From: an uncultured Acidobacteriota bacterium
GTDB taxonomy: Bacteria; Acidobacteriota; UBA6911
Length of the DNA stretch: 64,000 bases
Assembly (NCBI GenBank): GCA_963843575.1
Contig: CAWJKZ010000027.1
Location: 1 to 64,000 of the forward strand
Reading direction: 5' to 3'
The position numbers were made by a program, and so were the translations under genes. A model generated the notes under the pieces. It was not told where the DNA came from. It made no database searches and saw only the letters and a list, made by a program, of their open reading frames with translations. This document shows, piece after piece, positions 54,080-64,000 of the stretch (position 1 is the stretch's first letter; each line of letters opens with the position of its first letter).

Positions 54080-56380
54080 ATGAATCACGGGAAAAAGCTC
54101 GAGCAGATGACGCGCGAGGAGTTGATCGCGGAGTTGCGCGCGCGGACCGCAGCGCTCGTGAAATCCCAGGAGGAGCTGGCGTTCTGCCGCGATCGGTATG
54201 CGGACATGTACGATTCCGCACCGCTGGGCTACGCCACCCTCGCGCCGGACGGGACCATCCAGGAAATCAATCGCACGGGGGCGCAATCGCTCGGCGCAGA
54301 GCGCCCCAAGCTGCTGGGCGCACCCCTGGAGAAGTTCCTGGCACCCGAATCGCTCGAAGCGTTCAGGGCGCACAGGCAGGCCTGCCGCGCGGGCGCGCCG
54401 GCGGCCGCAACCTTTGTCAGGATCGCTACGCCAGACGGCGGGACCCTGCCCATGCAGTTGTCCAGCAAACCGGCAGCCAATCCGGATGGCACGGTGTCGA
54501 TCAGGACCGCCCTGACAGACCTCACCGAGCGCGAGCGCGCCGAGCAGGCGGTGCTTCAGCTCAACGCGGACCTCGAGCTGCGGGTGCGCCAACGGACGGA
54601 GGAACTGGAAGCCGCCAACCGGCACCTGAGGGAAGAGGTCGAGCGGCGGGCAAACGCGCAGCAGCAGCTCAAGGACTACGCGAGGGCGCTGGAGAACGCC
54701 AATCGTGCGCTGCACAAAGCGTACGAGGACGCGCGCACCGCGGACAGGGCCCGGCTCGACAGCGAGCGGGCCGCACGGGCCGAAGCGGAAAAAACCAGCC
54801 AGATCAAGGATGAGTTCCTGGCCACCCTCTCGCATGAACTCCGCACCCCCCTGAACGCGCTGCTCGGTTGGGCGCAACTGCTCCGCAGCGGCAGGCTGTC
54901 GCCGGAGGAAACCGAGCGCGCCCTGGAAGTCATCGAGAGGAACATCCGACTGCAGAGCCAGCTCGTCAGCGACCTGCTCGACATGTCCCGCATCATTTCG
55001 GGCAAATTCTCGCTGGACCTACAATCCGTGGCGCTCGGGCCCGTGGTGGAGTCGGTAGTCGATTCGGTGCGGCTCTCGGCGGACATCTCCGGGGTAAAGA
55101 TCGAGACCAAGGTGGACGATGCCGTCGGGGAGCTGACCGCCGACCCGAACCGACTGCAGCAGGTCCTGTGGAACCTCCTGCAAAACGCGGTCAAGTTCTC
55201 GGCCAGGGGTGGCAGGGTGGCGCTCCAGGCGAAGAGCAGGAACGGGAATGTCGAGATCAGAGTCAGCGACAACGGCATCGGCATCCGGCCGGAGTTTCTC
55301 CCGTACGTGTTCGACCGCTTCCGGCAGGCGGATGCCTCCAGGACGCGCCGCCAGGGCGGCCTCGGCCTGGGCCTCTCCATCGTGCGGCACCTCGTCGAAG
55401 CGCACGGGGGAACCGTCACCGCGGAGAGCGAGGGCGAGACGAAGGGAGCCACGTTCACGATCCTGCTCCCCGTCGGTTACCCCGATGCCCGGGCCGCCGG
55501 AGCCGATCAGGCGTCGTTGCGGATCCCTTTCGACCCTGCCGCAGTCCAGGGCATAAAGGTCCTCGTCGTTGACGACGACCCGGACTCGCGAGCCCTGATT
55601 GGCAGGCAACTGGAGGATCTCGACGCCGTCGTCGTCCTCGCGGCGTCGGCGACCGAAGCGTTGCGCAAGCTCCGCTCCTTCCGCCCCGACGTGATCGTGT
55701 CGGACATCGGGATGCCGGACGAGGACGGCTACGATCTGATCCGAAACGTGCGAAACATCAAACAGGTAAGCGATATCCCGGCACTTGCGCTGACCGCATT
55801 TGCCCGCCCGGAGGACCGGGAACAGTCACTTCAGGCCGGATACCAGATGCACCTCAGCAAACCGGTCGAGATGGCCAGGCTGTGCACGGCCATCGCGCGG
55901 CTGGCGGCCCGCGGCAAGGCTGCCGCCCGGGACGCGCCCCCGGCCCCCGCGGAACCTCCTCCGCCAGCCCACCAGGCGCACCGTACGCCCCGGAGGTTGC
56001 AGGCCTCCCCGGAATCCCGCCTGCGGATCCTCGTCGTCGACGACAGCGACGACTCTGCCGCATACGTGGCCGCCGTCCTGGAGATGCAGGGGTACGAGGT
56101 GATGATCGCGCGCGACGGCTCCTCAGCCGTCGAGATCGCCACCCTGTTCCGTCCGCAACTGGTCCTGCTGGACATCGGGCTGCCGGACCTGGACGGATTC
56201 ACGGTCGCGCGAAGGCTCCGCGGCCACGCTGATCTGAAGGACACGGTCGTAGTGGCCGTCACCGGCTACGGCATCGACCGCCAGCGTCTGGATGAGTCGC
56301 CCGTCGATGCCTACCTGCAGAAACCCCTCGAACCGGACACCCTCACCGACTTCATCCGGAAACTCACCGCCCAACCGTAG
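54080..56380 (+). CDS. Hybrid histidine kinase: PAS, HisKA, HATPase, two receiver domains
   Basis: SHELRTPL, NAVKF, DNGIG, GLGLGL, SDIGMP, LDIGLP. Confidence 0.93.
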   Translation: MNHGKKLEQMTREELIAELRARTAALVKSQEELAFCRDRYADMYDSAPLGYATLAPDGTIQEINRTGAQSLGAERPKLLGAPLEKFLAPESLEAFRAHRQACRAGAPAAATFVRIATPDGGTLPMQLSSKPAANPDGTVSIRTALTDLTERERAEQAVLQLNADLELRVRQRTEELEAANRHLREEVERRANAQQQLKDYARALENANRALHKAYEDARTADRARLDSERAARAEAEKTSQIKDEFLATLSHELRTPLNALLGWAQLLRSGRLSPEETERALEVIERNIRLQSQLVSDLLDMSRIISGKFSLDLQSVALGPVVESVVDSVRLSADISGVKIETKVDDAVGELTADPNRLQQVLWNLLQNAVKFSARGGRVALQAKSRNGNVEIRVSDNGIGIRPEFLPYVFDRFRQADASRTRRQGGLGLGLSIVRHLVEAHGGTVTAESEGETKGATFTILLPVGYPDARAAGADQASLRIPFDPAAVQGIKVLVVDDDPDSRALIGRQLEDLDAVVVLAASATEALRKLRSFRPDVIVSDIGMPDEDGYDLIRNVRNIKQVSDIPALALTAFARPEDREQSLQAGYQMHLSKPVEMARLCTAIARLAARGKAAARDAPPAPAEPPPPAHQAHRTPRRLQASPESRLRILVVDDSDDSAAYVAAVLEMQGYEVMIARDGSSAVEIATLFRPQLVLLDIGLPDLDGFTVARRLRGHADLKDTVVVAVTGYGIDRQRLDESPVDAYLQKPLEPDTLTDFIRKLTAQP

Positions 56381-56462
56381 AGAAGTCGGCCTCGTCGGAA
56401 GATGGTGGGCCACGGCGCGTCGAGCCGGCACAGCGCCGCCTCGCATCGGCTATAATGGGGGC

Positions 56463-56750
56463 ATGCTGCGACAGGCCAGGAGAATCGTCATCGCGGTGGT
56501 CGGGACGACGGTGCTGCTGATAGGCGCCGCAATGCTCGTACTCCCCGGCCCCGCCATCGTAGTGATTCCCGTCGGGCTCGCGATCCTGGCCACGGAATTC
56601 GCCTGGGCGCGCCGCTGGCTGAACATCGTACGCGACTCGGCCGAGAAGGGGGCCACCAGGATCGGGCTCGGCGCCCCTTTCAGGCGCCGGGCGAAAGATA
56701 GCGCGGAGCCGCCGGAAGGCCCGTGCCGCTCCCCTAGAGCAGGTCCTTGA
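56463..56750 (+). CDS. PGPGW-family small membrane protein
   Basis: LVLPGPA..GLAILATEFAWARR; TATAAT 6 bp before ATG. Confidence 0.75.
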   Translation: MLRQARRIVIAVVGTTVLLIGAAMLVLPGPAIVVIPVGLAILATEFAWARRWLNIVRDSAEKGATRIGLGAPFRRRAKDSAEPPEGPCRSPRAGP

Positions 56751-57610
56751 AGTAGGCCGCGGCGGCTTCCCAGTCCACGGACTCGTCGGGCTTTCGGCCC
56801 AGCTTGTCGTAGAGCCGGCGGCGGGACTTCTTGTCGTCGACAGCAATCCGCGCGGAAATCGCCAGGACATCTTCCGCGACCTCGTGCGGGACGACGATGC
56901 ACCCGTCCCAGTCGCAACCGACGATGTCCCCCGGGCGGACCATGACGCCGCCGCAGCTGATCGGGACCTCGACGTCCACCAATTCCACCCGGCCGGGTAT
57001 AATCGTCCGTCCGATACCGCGGCAGGCGACGTTGCACTTCTGCATGATCACTTCGTCGGTGTCACGGCAATTGCCCTCCGTGACGATCCCCGCGACGCCC
57101 CGGCTCATCATCCCCAGGCTGTTGTTGGAACCCCAATACCCGCACTCCCCGGCTCCCCCGGTGGACATGACGATGACGCACCCCGGCTTGACGTGCGGGT
57201 CGACATTGGCGCGCCAGCCACCCATCTCGCCCCAGATGTCGTGCTGCTTGAGCGCATCCTTCCGCGAGACCAGCGGCATGCGGCGGTTGGTCGGCACGAC
57301 CCGCATAGTCACGGCCGGGCCGAAAAACCGCATCCCCATCCACAGGGGGCGAATTTCAGGGTCCATCAGGGTCAGGTCGGCGCGGCCGACCGCGTCGAGC
57401 CCGTCGGTGACGTCCGTGACCCTGAGGAACTTGTTGAAGCGAGCGGCAAGGGCATAGGTGTCTTTCCGGCCGGCCGGCGCCGCGGCCTGCGCCGGAGCTG
57501 CCTGCGCCGGCTGGATGTACGCGGTTCCCGCGGCGGCGGCCACAAGCGTCAGAGGAGCGCAGAAAGTCACGACGCGAGGACTGCGGATCGGGCGGCATTT
57601 TCTCGGGCAT
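56734..57610 (-). CDS. RraA/HMG-aldolase family protein with Tat leader, frameshift ~57545
   Basis: SRRDFL; DVTDGLD, GPAVT, WG, G..RD, V.PGDIV..D.DG..V.P. Confidence 0.8.
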
Positions 57611-57714
57611 GATCGGTTCCTCCAGTGGGTAAAGGTGCCGAGATGGTATCAGCGAACCGCCATGGCCGCAGCAATCTTTTGCTTTTATCCAGTCGGGGCA
57701 CCTAGAATGGGTTA

Positions 57715-58872
57715 ATGAAGACACTTCCTACACGACGCGCTTTCCTGGCTGCCGGCCTGGCGGCCCCCGCATTGGCAGCAAACCTGCAACCGGCCCGCAC
57801 CCAGGAAAAGCCGCCACTGCGCACTCTCGGAAAGACCGGCCTCAAGGTGGCGCCGCTCGGCTTCGGCTGCATGACGACCTCTGACCCCGCCGTCATCGAG
57901 CGCGCCGCGGACATCGGCCTGAACTACTTCGACACGGCCCGCTCCTACCAGGGGGGCAACAACGAGCGCATGGTGGGCGCCGCCCTGAAAGGGAAACGCG
58001 GCCGCGTCGTCATCTCGACCAAGACCCCGGGGAAGACCCGCCAGGAGGCCCTCGCCGACCTCGACACGAGCCTGCGCGAGCTGCAAACCGACTACGTCGA
58101 CGTCTGGTATCTCCACAGCCGCGATACGCCCGCGGACGTCACCGACGAACTGCTCGAAACCCAGCAGGCCGCAAAGAAGGCCGGGAAGATACGCTTCGCC
58201 GGCGTCAGCTTCCACTTCAACATGCCGGACATGCTCGCACACCTGGTCCGGCGCGGACAGACCGACGTCGCGCTGGCCAGCTACAACTTCACCATGAAAC
58301 CGGAACTGACCCAGGCGATTCACGAGGCGCGGCGCGCCGGAATGGGAGTCGTGGCCATGAAAGTGCTGGCCGGCGGCTTCAGCAGGATCCAGCGGGGCGA
58401 CAGGCTCTACGGAGTCAACCCCTCGGGGTTGACGAGCACGCTGAAGAAGGAGGGGGCGATGCTCGCCGCGATCAAGTGGGCCCTGAAGAACACCTCCGTG
58501 GACACCGCCATCGTCTGCATGACCGACTTCGACCAGCTCGACGAAAACCTCCGGGCCATGTCGGAGCCCTTCACGAGCAGCGACGAAAAACTCCTCGCCG
58601 ACCAGCTGGCCTGCATCCGGCCGCTCTATTGCCGGATGTGCGGCAACTGCGGGGGAACCTGCGACAAGGGTTTGCCGGTGCCCGACGTGCTGCGTTTCCT
58701 GGCCTACGCCGAGGGATACGGGCAGTACCCCATGGCACGCGAGCGCTACCTGGAACTGCCCGCGGCGGCACGCGCGCCCCGTTGCCGGGACTGCGCCTCC
58801 TGCTCGATCGACTGCCCCAGCGGCGTCGACGTGAAGTCCCGTGTCATGCGCGCGCAGGCCTTGCTGGCGTAG
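57715..58872 (+). CDS. Aldo/keto reductase with C-terminal Fe-S binding domain
   Basis: TRRAFL, LGKTG, FDTA..Y, STK, GVSFH, AMK; CRMCGNC, CRDCASC...CP. Confidence 0.9.
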   Translation: MKTLPTRRAFLAAGLAAPALAANLQPARTQEKPPLRTLGKTGLKVAPLGFGCMTTSDPAVIERAADIGLNYFDTARSYQGGNNERMVGAALKGKRGRVVISTKTPGKTRQEALADLDTSLRELQTDYVDVWYLHSRDTPADVTDELLETQQAAKKAGKIRFAGVSFHFNMPDMLAHLVRRGQTDVALASYNFTMKPELTQAIHEARRAGMGVVAMKVLAGGFSRIQRGDRLYGVNPSGLTSTLKKEGAMLAAIKWALKNTSVDTAIVCMTDFDQLDENLRAMSEPFTSSDEKLLADQLACIRPLYCRMCGNCGGTCDKGLPVPDVLRFLAYAEGYGQYPMARERYLELPAAARAPRCRDCASCSIDCPSGVDVKSRVMRAQALLA

Positions 58873-58914
58873 GGACGTCGGTCGAGAGTCCTTGCGAGCC
58901 CCGGATGCAGCGCC

Positions 58915-59331
58915 CTACCGGGCAGCTTGAGCGAGACGAGGCAGCTGATCCAGGCGACGCTGCCACAGAGGATGGTGCCCCAGATCAGATCCACGACGGT
59001 GATCAGCAGCGGCCAGTCCCGGATCGTCGCGAGATTGGTCAGATCGTACGTGGCGTAGGCGAAAAACCCGAGCACCGCTCCGTAGGCCAGCGCGCGCGGG
59101 GGGCTGCCCAGCCTCGATGCCGGGCCTTACAGCGAACAGCACGATCCCCGCGACAAACACCAGGTAGAACGTGATCGCCGCGGCCCAGTTGATCCGTGGA
59201 GAGAGCAGGTAGCCCAGGTGCTTCCGATAGAGGTCCTTCGCCACCACCCCCAGCCACAGGAGGTCAATGGCGAGGAAGATCGGGACGGTCAGCAGGTACG
59301 TGGTCACCGCCCTGCCCGGAGTCATTTCCAT
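58915..59331 (-). CDS. DUF2177 family membrane protein, frameshifted
   Basis: IDLLWLG, FY, YATYDLTNLAT..W....VDLIWG. Confidence 0.8.
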   Translation of the reverse strand: MEMTPGRAVTTYLLTVPIFLAIDLLWLGVVAKDLYRKHLGYLLSPRINWAAAITFYLVFVAGIVLFAVRPGIEAGQPPARAGLRSGARVFRLRHVRSDQSRDDPGLAAADHRRGSDLGHHPLWQRRLDQLPRLAQAAR

Positions 59332-59372
59332 AGATCACCTCTTCCAATCCGTCAGTGACGGCGACAGCTGTA

Positions 59373-60807
59373 TTACTTGCGGTAGTCGAGGGGCGGCTTC
59401 GCATCTGCCGGGAGGCGCGACTTGTACGCCCGGCCGGCGCGGCGTTGGTCGAAGCTGTCGCGGGCGGCCTTCAGCTGGGACGGGTCCGTCAACAGTTCGA
59501 CGCCGGTCAGCGCGAGGGTCTTGGCCGCAACGACCATTCCCTTCCGCCCGATGCTGGTTCCGGCGCACGCCGAGGCCTGCCAGCTGTGGTTCACCACGCC
59601 GGGCACGTGGGTGGCGGCGTGAATCCACCCGGTCGGGACCACCCAGCTCACGTCCCCGGCATCGGTCGAGGCGATGACGAGCGGCTCGTTCAGACGGCCG
59701 TATGCCCTCCTGGCTGCCGAGCGGAAGCCCGGTGTCGGTGAGGGTCTTCCGTATCGCCACGGCGAACTCCTGTTCCGCGGCCGTGTACTTGACTCCCCCG
59801 ACATATTGCAGGTTCCGGTAGAGCATGCCGGTGAGGGCGTCGTTCGGGAGCACGTTGTAGTTGCTGCCCAGCGCGCCCTGGGTCACTGGGTTTCGGTCGC
59901 CAGCGCCCCGGCGTCGGCGCATTTCGTCACGCGCTGCCAGATACCGTCGAGTTCGGACATTTCCGGGTGGCGGGCGTACAGGTAGATCTCGGCCTGAGCG
60001 GGCACGATGTTGGGAGCTTCGCCACCGTTGGAAACGATGTAGTGGATGCGGGCCGACGAGGGGACGTGCTCTCGGAGCATGTCGACGGCGTGCGCCATCA
60101 GCAGGGCTCCGTCCAGCGCGGACCGTCCTTTTTCCGGGGCCGCGGCCGCGTGCGCGGCCTTCCCCTCGAAACGGAAGCGCGCGGAATAGGATCGCGAGCG
60201 TGCTCGTGGTCGGTGGCGATGCTGCGGTCCTCGGGGTGCCAGTGCAGCACCGCGTCGGCGTCGTCGAACACACCGGCCCGGATCATGTACACCTTGCCGC
60301 TGCCCCCCTCCTCCGCCGGGCGTACCGTAGAATCGGACCGTGCCGGGCAGCTTATCGCTTTCGAGGGTTTCTTTCGCGGCCACCGCCGCGAGCGCCGACC
60401 CGGCGCCGAGCAGGTTGTGGCCGCAGCCCTGGCCGTATCCGCCGGGGACGCGCTCCTTCCGGACCGGCTCCGCTTCCTGCGACAATCCCGGGAAGCGCGT
60501 CGTATTCGCCCATGAACCCGACTACGGGCTTCCCGCTTCCCCACTCCGCGACAAACGCCGTCGGAATGCCGGCCACGCCGTCGCGGATCCGGAACCCCTC
60601 CTTGCGCAACTCCTCCTTCAGCAGGGCGGCACTCTTCGTCTCCCTATAGCCCGGCTCGGCGTACTCCCAGATCAGGCGCGAGATCACGCCAAAACGTGAT
60701 GCGTGCGCATCGACCCGGGCGGTGACCTCGGCCCGCCGGTCGGCGGCTGGCGCGGGCGGGGCCATGAGATGAAATGCGATCGCCACGGATAGGATTATGG
60801 ACTTCAT
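59373..60807 (-). CDS. M20 amidohydrolase (AbgB-like) with signal peptide, frameshifted
   Basis: EYDALPG, CGHN, PAEEGG, WHP, HAA, STDAGDVSW. Confidence 0.85.
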
Positions 60808-60911
60808 CGGCAACTCCCCGAAATGGATCCGCCTATTATGGCAGAACCACCTGCCCGCCTGCAAAGCGCCGAAGAAGCGATTCGTGTCGCGCGCTCCGAC
60901 AGGGAAGGTAT

Positions 60912-60941
60912 TTGACCGCCGTCTCGAGACCGACATACAAT
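60912..60941 (+). promoter_or_regulatory. Sigma70-like promoter, probably leaderless, for the GAF gene
   Basis: TTGACC-18-TACAAT, GTG start 6 bp later. Confidence 0.6.
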
Positions 60942-60947
60942 CACGGG

Positions 60948-62030
60948 GTGATCAACCCGGCGACATTCGAGGAAGTGGCGGACCGGTTTTGCCGGGCGCT
61001 CTCCTCCATCGCGGACGCGATGATGCCCACGGGCGACTGGAGGGCGGTGCTCGACCGCATCCTCAGGGCGCTCGTGGACGAGCTCGGGTACAAGGCGGCG
61101 TCTGCCCGGCGGCTGGATGCGGAAAATCGCACGCTGGTCTTGTGCGGGGCCGTGGGGCTCAGCGAAAGCTACCTCGACAAGGGCGTCATCGAAATCGAAA
61201 AGAGCGGCATCGACCGCGAAGTCCTGTCGGGGAGGGTGATCGAGATCCGCGATGCGGCCAGCGACCCGCGCCTGCAGTACCCCGAGGCGGCCGCGCGCGA
61301 AGGGATCGGGAGCATCCTGGCCGCGCCGCTGGCCTTGCGCGACCGGGCGATCGGGGTCCTCAGGGTTTACTCCGCAGAGCCGCGCCCCGCCGATCCGGTC
61401 GAGAAGAAATTCCTGCAGTCCGTCGCCCGGCTCACTGCCCGGGCCCTGATGACCTCACACCGCATCGAGCTGCTGCACAATCTCGCCCGGCAGGTCAACG
61501 CGTCGCTCGATCCGCAGGTCGTGCTCAGCGAGATGCTGCAGAAGACGGTCGACGAACTCCACTACAAAGGTGGCATCGTGCGCCTGCTCGACGTCAAGGG
61601 CGAGCGGCTCGAACTGGTGGCTGCGACGGGAGTGACCCAGGCTTATCTCAACAAGGGACCCATATTCGTCAATCAGAGCACCATGGACCAGGCGGTGTTG
61701 CAGGGGAGGACCGTCACCATCTACGACGTGACGGCCGAGGGGGGGTACCAGTACCCGGAGGAGGCGCTGCGCGAGGGCATCCGATCCGTGCAGGCGATCC
61801 CGCTGGCCGCGATGGACCGCGCTTCCGGCCAGTCGCGGGTTTTCGGTGTCCTGCGCGTCTACTCGGCCCAGCCGCACCGCTTCGGCGAAGACGAGGTCGC
61901 ATTCCTCCAGAGCATCGCCAACCTGGGCGCCATCGCGCTGGAAAACGCACGGCTGCACCAGGAGCTGATGCAGCGCGTCGAAGCCCTCAAGCCGGACGAA
62001 GAGGGGTGGTACCGCATCGAGGAACCCTGA
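60948..62030 (+). CDS. Tandem GAF-GAF protein without output domain
   Basis: Two homologous units, each 'VDEL.YK...YL.KG...QYPE.A.REGI.S...PL...GVLRVYSA.P'; ends ENARL + short coil. Confidence 0.85.
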   Translation: MINPATFEEVADRFCRALSSIADAMMPTGDWRAVLDRILRALVDELGYKAASARRLDAENRTLVLCGAVGLSESYLDKGVIEIEKSGIDREVLSGRVIEIRDAASDPRLQYPEAAAREGIGSILAAPLALRDRAIGVLRVYSAEPRPADPVEKKFLQSVARLTARALMTSHRIELLHNLARQVNASLDPQVVLSEMLQKTVDELHYKGGIVRLLDVKGERLELVAATGVTQAYLNKGPIFVNQSTMDQAVLQGRTVTIYDVTAEGGYQYPEEALREGIRSVQAIPLAAMDRASGQSRVFGVLRVYSAQPHRFGEDEVAFLQSIANLGAIALENARLHQELMQRVEALKPDEEGWYRIEEP

Positions 62031-62042
62031 CGCCCCCGTGTC

Positions 62043-63875
62043 TCAATAAGGCCACATCCGCGGCACCAGCAACAGCGCGATCAGGAAGGTCAGGACCGTG
62101 AGCACCCCGCCGACCCGCGCGTAGTCGCTGAACCTGTATCCACCAGGCCCCATCACCAGCACGTTGGCGGGATGGCTGACCGGGGTCATGAACGCGGTCG
62201 ACGTCCCCAACACCACCATCATGAGCAGCGGGTACGGGCTCATGTGGGACTGCTCGGCGGCGCTGAGCGCGATCGGCGCCGTGAAAATGGCCGTGGCGGT
62301 GCCGGAGATCGCCTGCGCCAGGAGCATCGAGACGAGGTAGAAGCCCGCGGCAATCGCGGTGGGGCCGAACGGGGCGAATGCGTGCAGGAGGTTGTGGGAG
62401 AGCATCGCGGCGGCCCCGCTCTTGTCCATCGCGGTCCCTATCGCTAGCATCCCGCCGACCATTACCACGGCCTTCCACTCGATGGCGCGATAGCCGTCCT
62501 CGATCTTGACGGCCCCGGACAGGATCATGATCATGGCCCCCAGCATCGCCGAGGTCGCTAGCCGCAGGACGCCCAGCGAGGCCAGCACCACCATCAGGAT
62601 CATGCCGGCGACGGCCCAGGGCGCCTTGTCGGGGTGAACGATCTCGTCGATGTCGTCGGGGGCGTTCAGGACGATGAAATTCCTCTCGGAGCGCAGGAGC
62701 CGCGCCTGCGACCGGGGCCCGTGCAGCAGGAGCGCGTCGCCGAAACGCAGCGGCATCTGCGAGATGTCCCCCGCGGCAGGCTCCCCTTCACGCCGCAACG
62801 CCAGCACCGTCAGGCCGTATTTCTCCCGGAAATGGACGTCACGCAGGGACTGCCCCACGATGTCGGCATAGGGGGACACGACCACTTCCACGATGCCGAT
62901 GTTACGGTCGGCCCACTGCACCGCCTGGCCGGCGCCGGCCTCGTCGAGCACCAGCCCGAGGGTCTCACGCGTCTGGTGCAGCTGCTTGTGCTCCCCTTCG
63001 ATCAGCAGCCGGTCGCCCGCGCGCAAGATGTCCCCGGGGGCCGGCGCCAGCTTGAGCCGGCTGGCCCGGATGATGCCGACGATGTTGAGGTGGTACTCCT
63101 CCCCCAACTGGCTCTCGCCGAGAGTCAAACCGTCCAGCCTGGAACCCGCGAGTATCCGGGCCTCGAAGATGCGCTCGGGTACGTGGTAGAGCTGCGCCAG
63201 CTCACCGGGCAGCTGGCGCACCGGTGTGAGGCTCTTCACTCCCTGGCTGGGCAGGAGGCGGCGACCCACCGTGGCCATAAAAAGGATGCCGGCAGCGGTC
63301 AACACGCTGCCGATCCGGAAATAATCCCACATGGTGAAGGGCTCAAGCCCCCGGGAGCGCAGCGAGTCGTTCGCGATGATGTTGATGGTGGTAAAGAGCG
63401 TGGCCATGCCCCCCAGCAGCGTGCCGAACGACAGCGGGATCATCAGCTTCGACGCGCTGATACGGGTCTGCCTGGAAACGCTCGACACCCCGGGCAGAAG
63501 GACGGAGGCCGACGCAATGTTGTTCATCACGAGCGACAACAGCGCCGCCGCGGCCATGGTGACGGCAATGAGCCGGGATTCGCTCGCACCGGCGACCTGC
63601 AGCAGCCGCCGCCCCATCCAGGCGGCCACGCCCGTGGCCCCGAGCCCCTCGGTGACGAGAAATATGGCTGCGATCGTGATCACGGCCGGGTTTCCGAACC
63701 CGGCCAGCGCGTCGGCGGTCTGGAGCGAGCCGGTCAGCACCAGCGCCAGCACGGCCAGCAGCGCCACCACGTCCGGCGAGACCCTGTCGCTCAGAAACAG
63801 TACGATCACCCCCGCCAGAATCCCCAGCACCCAGACCATCTCTGAAGCATAGGGGACGGACCAGAACAATATCAA
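62043..63875 (-). CDS. SLC13 family permease with two TrkA-C domains
   Basis: GFGNPAV, MNN, GG..TL, two RCK-C repeats, FMTPVSHPAN, PGGYRFSDY. Confidence 0.9.
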   Translation of the reverse strand: MILFWSVPYASEMVWVLGILAGVIVLFLSDRVSPDVVALLAVLALVLTGSLQTADALAGFGNPAVITIAAIFLVTEGLGATGVAAWMGRRLLQVAGASESRLIAVTMAAAALLSLVMNNIASASVLLPGVSSVSRQTRISASKLMIPLSFGTLLGGMATLFTTINIIANDSLRSRGLEPFTMWDYFRIGSVLTAAGILFMATVGRRLLPSQGVKSLTPVRQLPGELAQLYHVPERIFEARILAGSRLDGLTLGESQLGEEYHLNIVGIIRASRLKLAPAPGDILRAGDRLLIEGEHKQLHQTRETLGLVLDEAGAGQAVQWADRNIGIVEVVVSPYADIVGQSLRDVHFREKYGLTVLALRREGEPAAGDISQMPLRFGDALLLHGPRSQARLLRSERNFIVLNAPDDIDEIVHPDKAPWAVAGMILMVVLASLGVLRLATSAMLGAMIMILSGAVKIEDGYRAIEWKAVVMVGGMLAIGTAMDKSGAAAMLSHNLLHAFAPFGPTAIAAGFYLVSMLLAQAISGTATAIFTAPIALSAAEQSHMSPYPLLMMVVLGTSTAFMTPVSHPANVLVMGPGGYRFSDYARVGGVLTVLTFLIALLLVPRMWPY

Positions 63876-64000
63876 CAGATTCTTCGGTTTATGGAAAAAA
63901 CGGGGGCGAAACCAGGCCTTATTTGCGATTTTTGAGCCGATTTTTCTGAAATGAGCGGCCCCGGCCCAAACAATAGGGGCACATGGGATTAGACAGGAGG

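Noticed and set aside
10439-60807. Programmed ribosomal frameshifting
   Set aside because: Shifts are numerous, lie in unrelated genes and lack consistent slippery sites.

Overview
High-GC bacterial DNA, mostly accessory and metabolic genes. From ~3.95 kb onward it looks acidobacterial (VWFA-type gene, many Tat-exported sugar enzymes). It carries [FeFe]-hydrogenase maturase genes (hydG fragment-aspA-hydF), rfbB, a ~1500-aa acyl-CoA-ligase/GNAT fusion, sugar catabolism genes (two Gfo/Idh/MocA, TIM-barrel isomerase, two AGE epimerases, SSS transporter, GH78, rhaM, heparinase II/III-like), msrA, a czcICBA-type efflux cluster followed by a cupredoxin-like/polyferredoxin + FG-GAP + Nfu_N set, an orphan L7Ae gene, a PfkB-HAD fusion coupled to a deoxyhypusine-synthase-like gene, peptidases, a hybrid kinase, a GAF-GAF protein and an SLC13 permease. 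The first ~3.9 kb (TPR protein, GH2) joins abruptly into the middle of hydG at a hairpin, probably a chimeric junction. Many genes carry single-base frameshifts typical of uncorrected long reads, so some boundaries are approximate. Several REP-like palindrome families occur, plus a MITE (19-bp TIRs, 4-bp TSD) inserted in a REP. I saw no rRNA, tRNA, CRISPR array or transposase. All calls come from motif recognition by eye; no searches were run.
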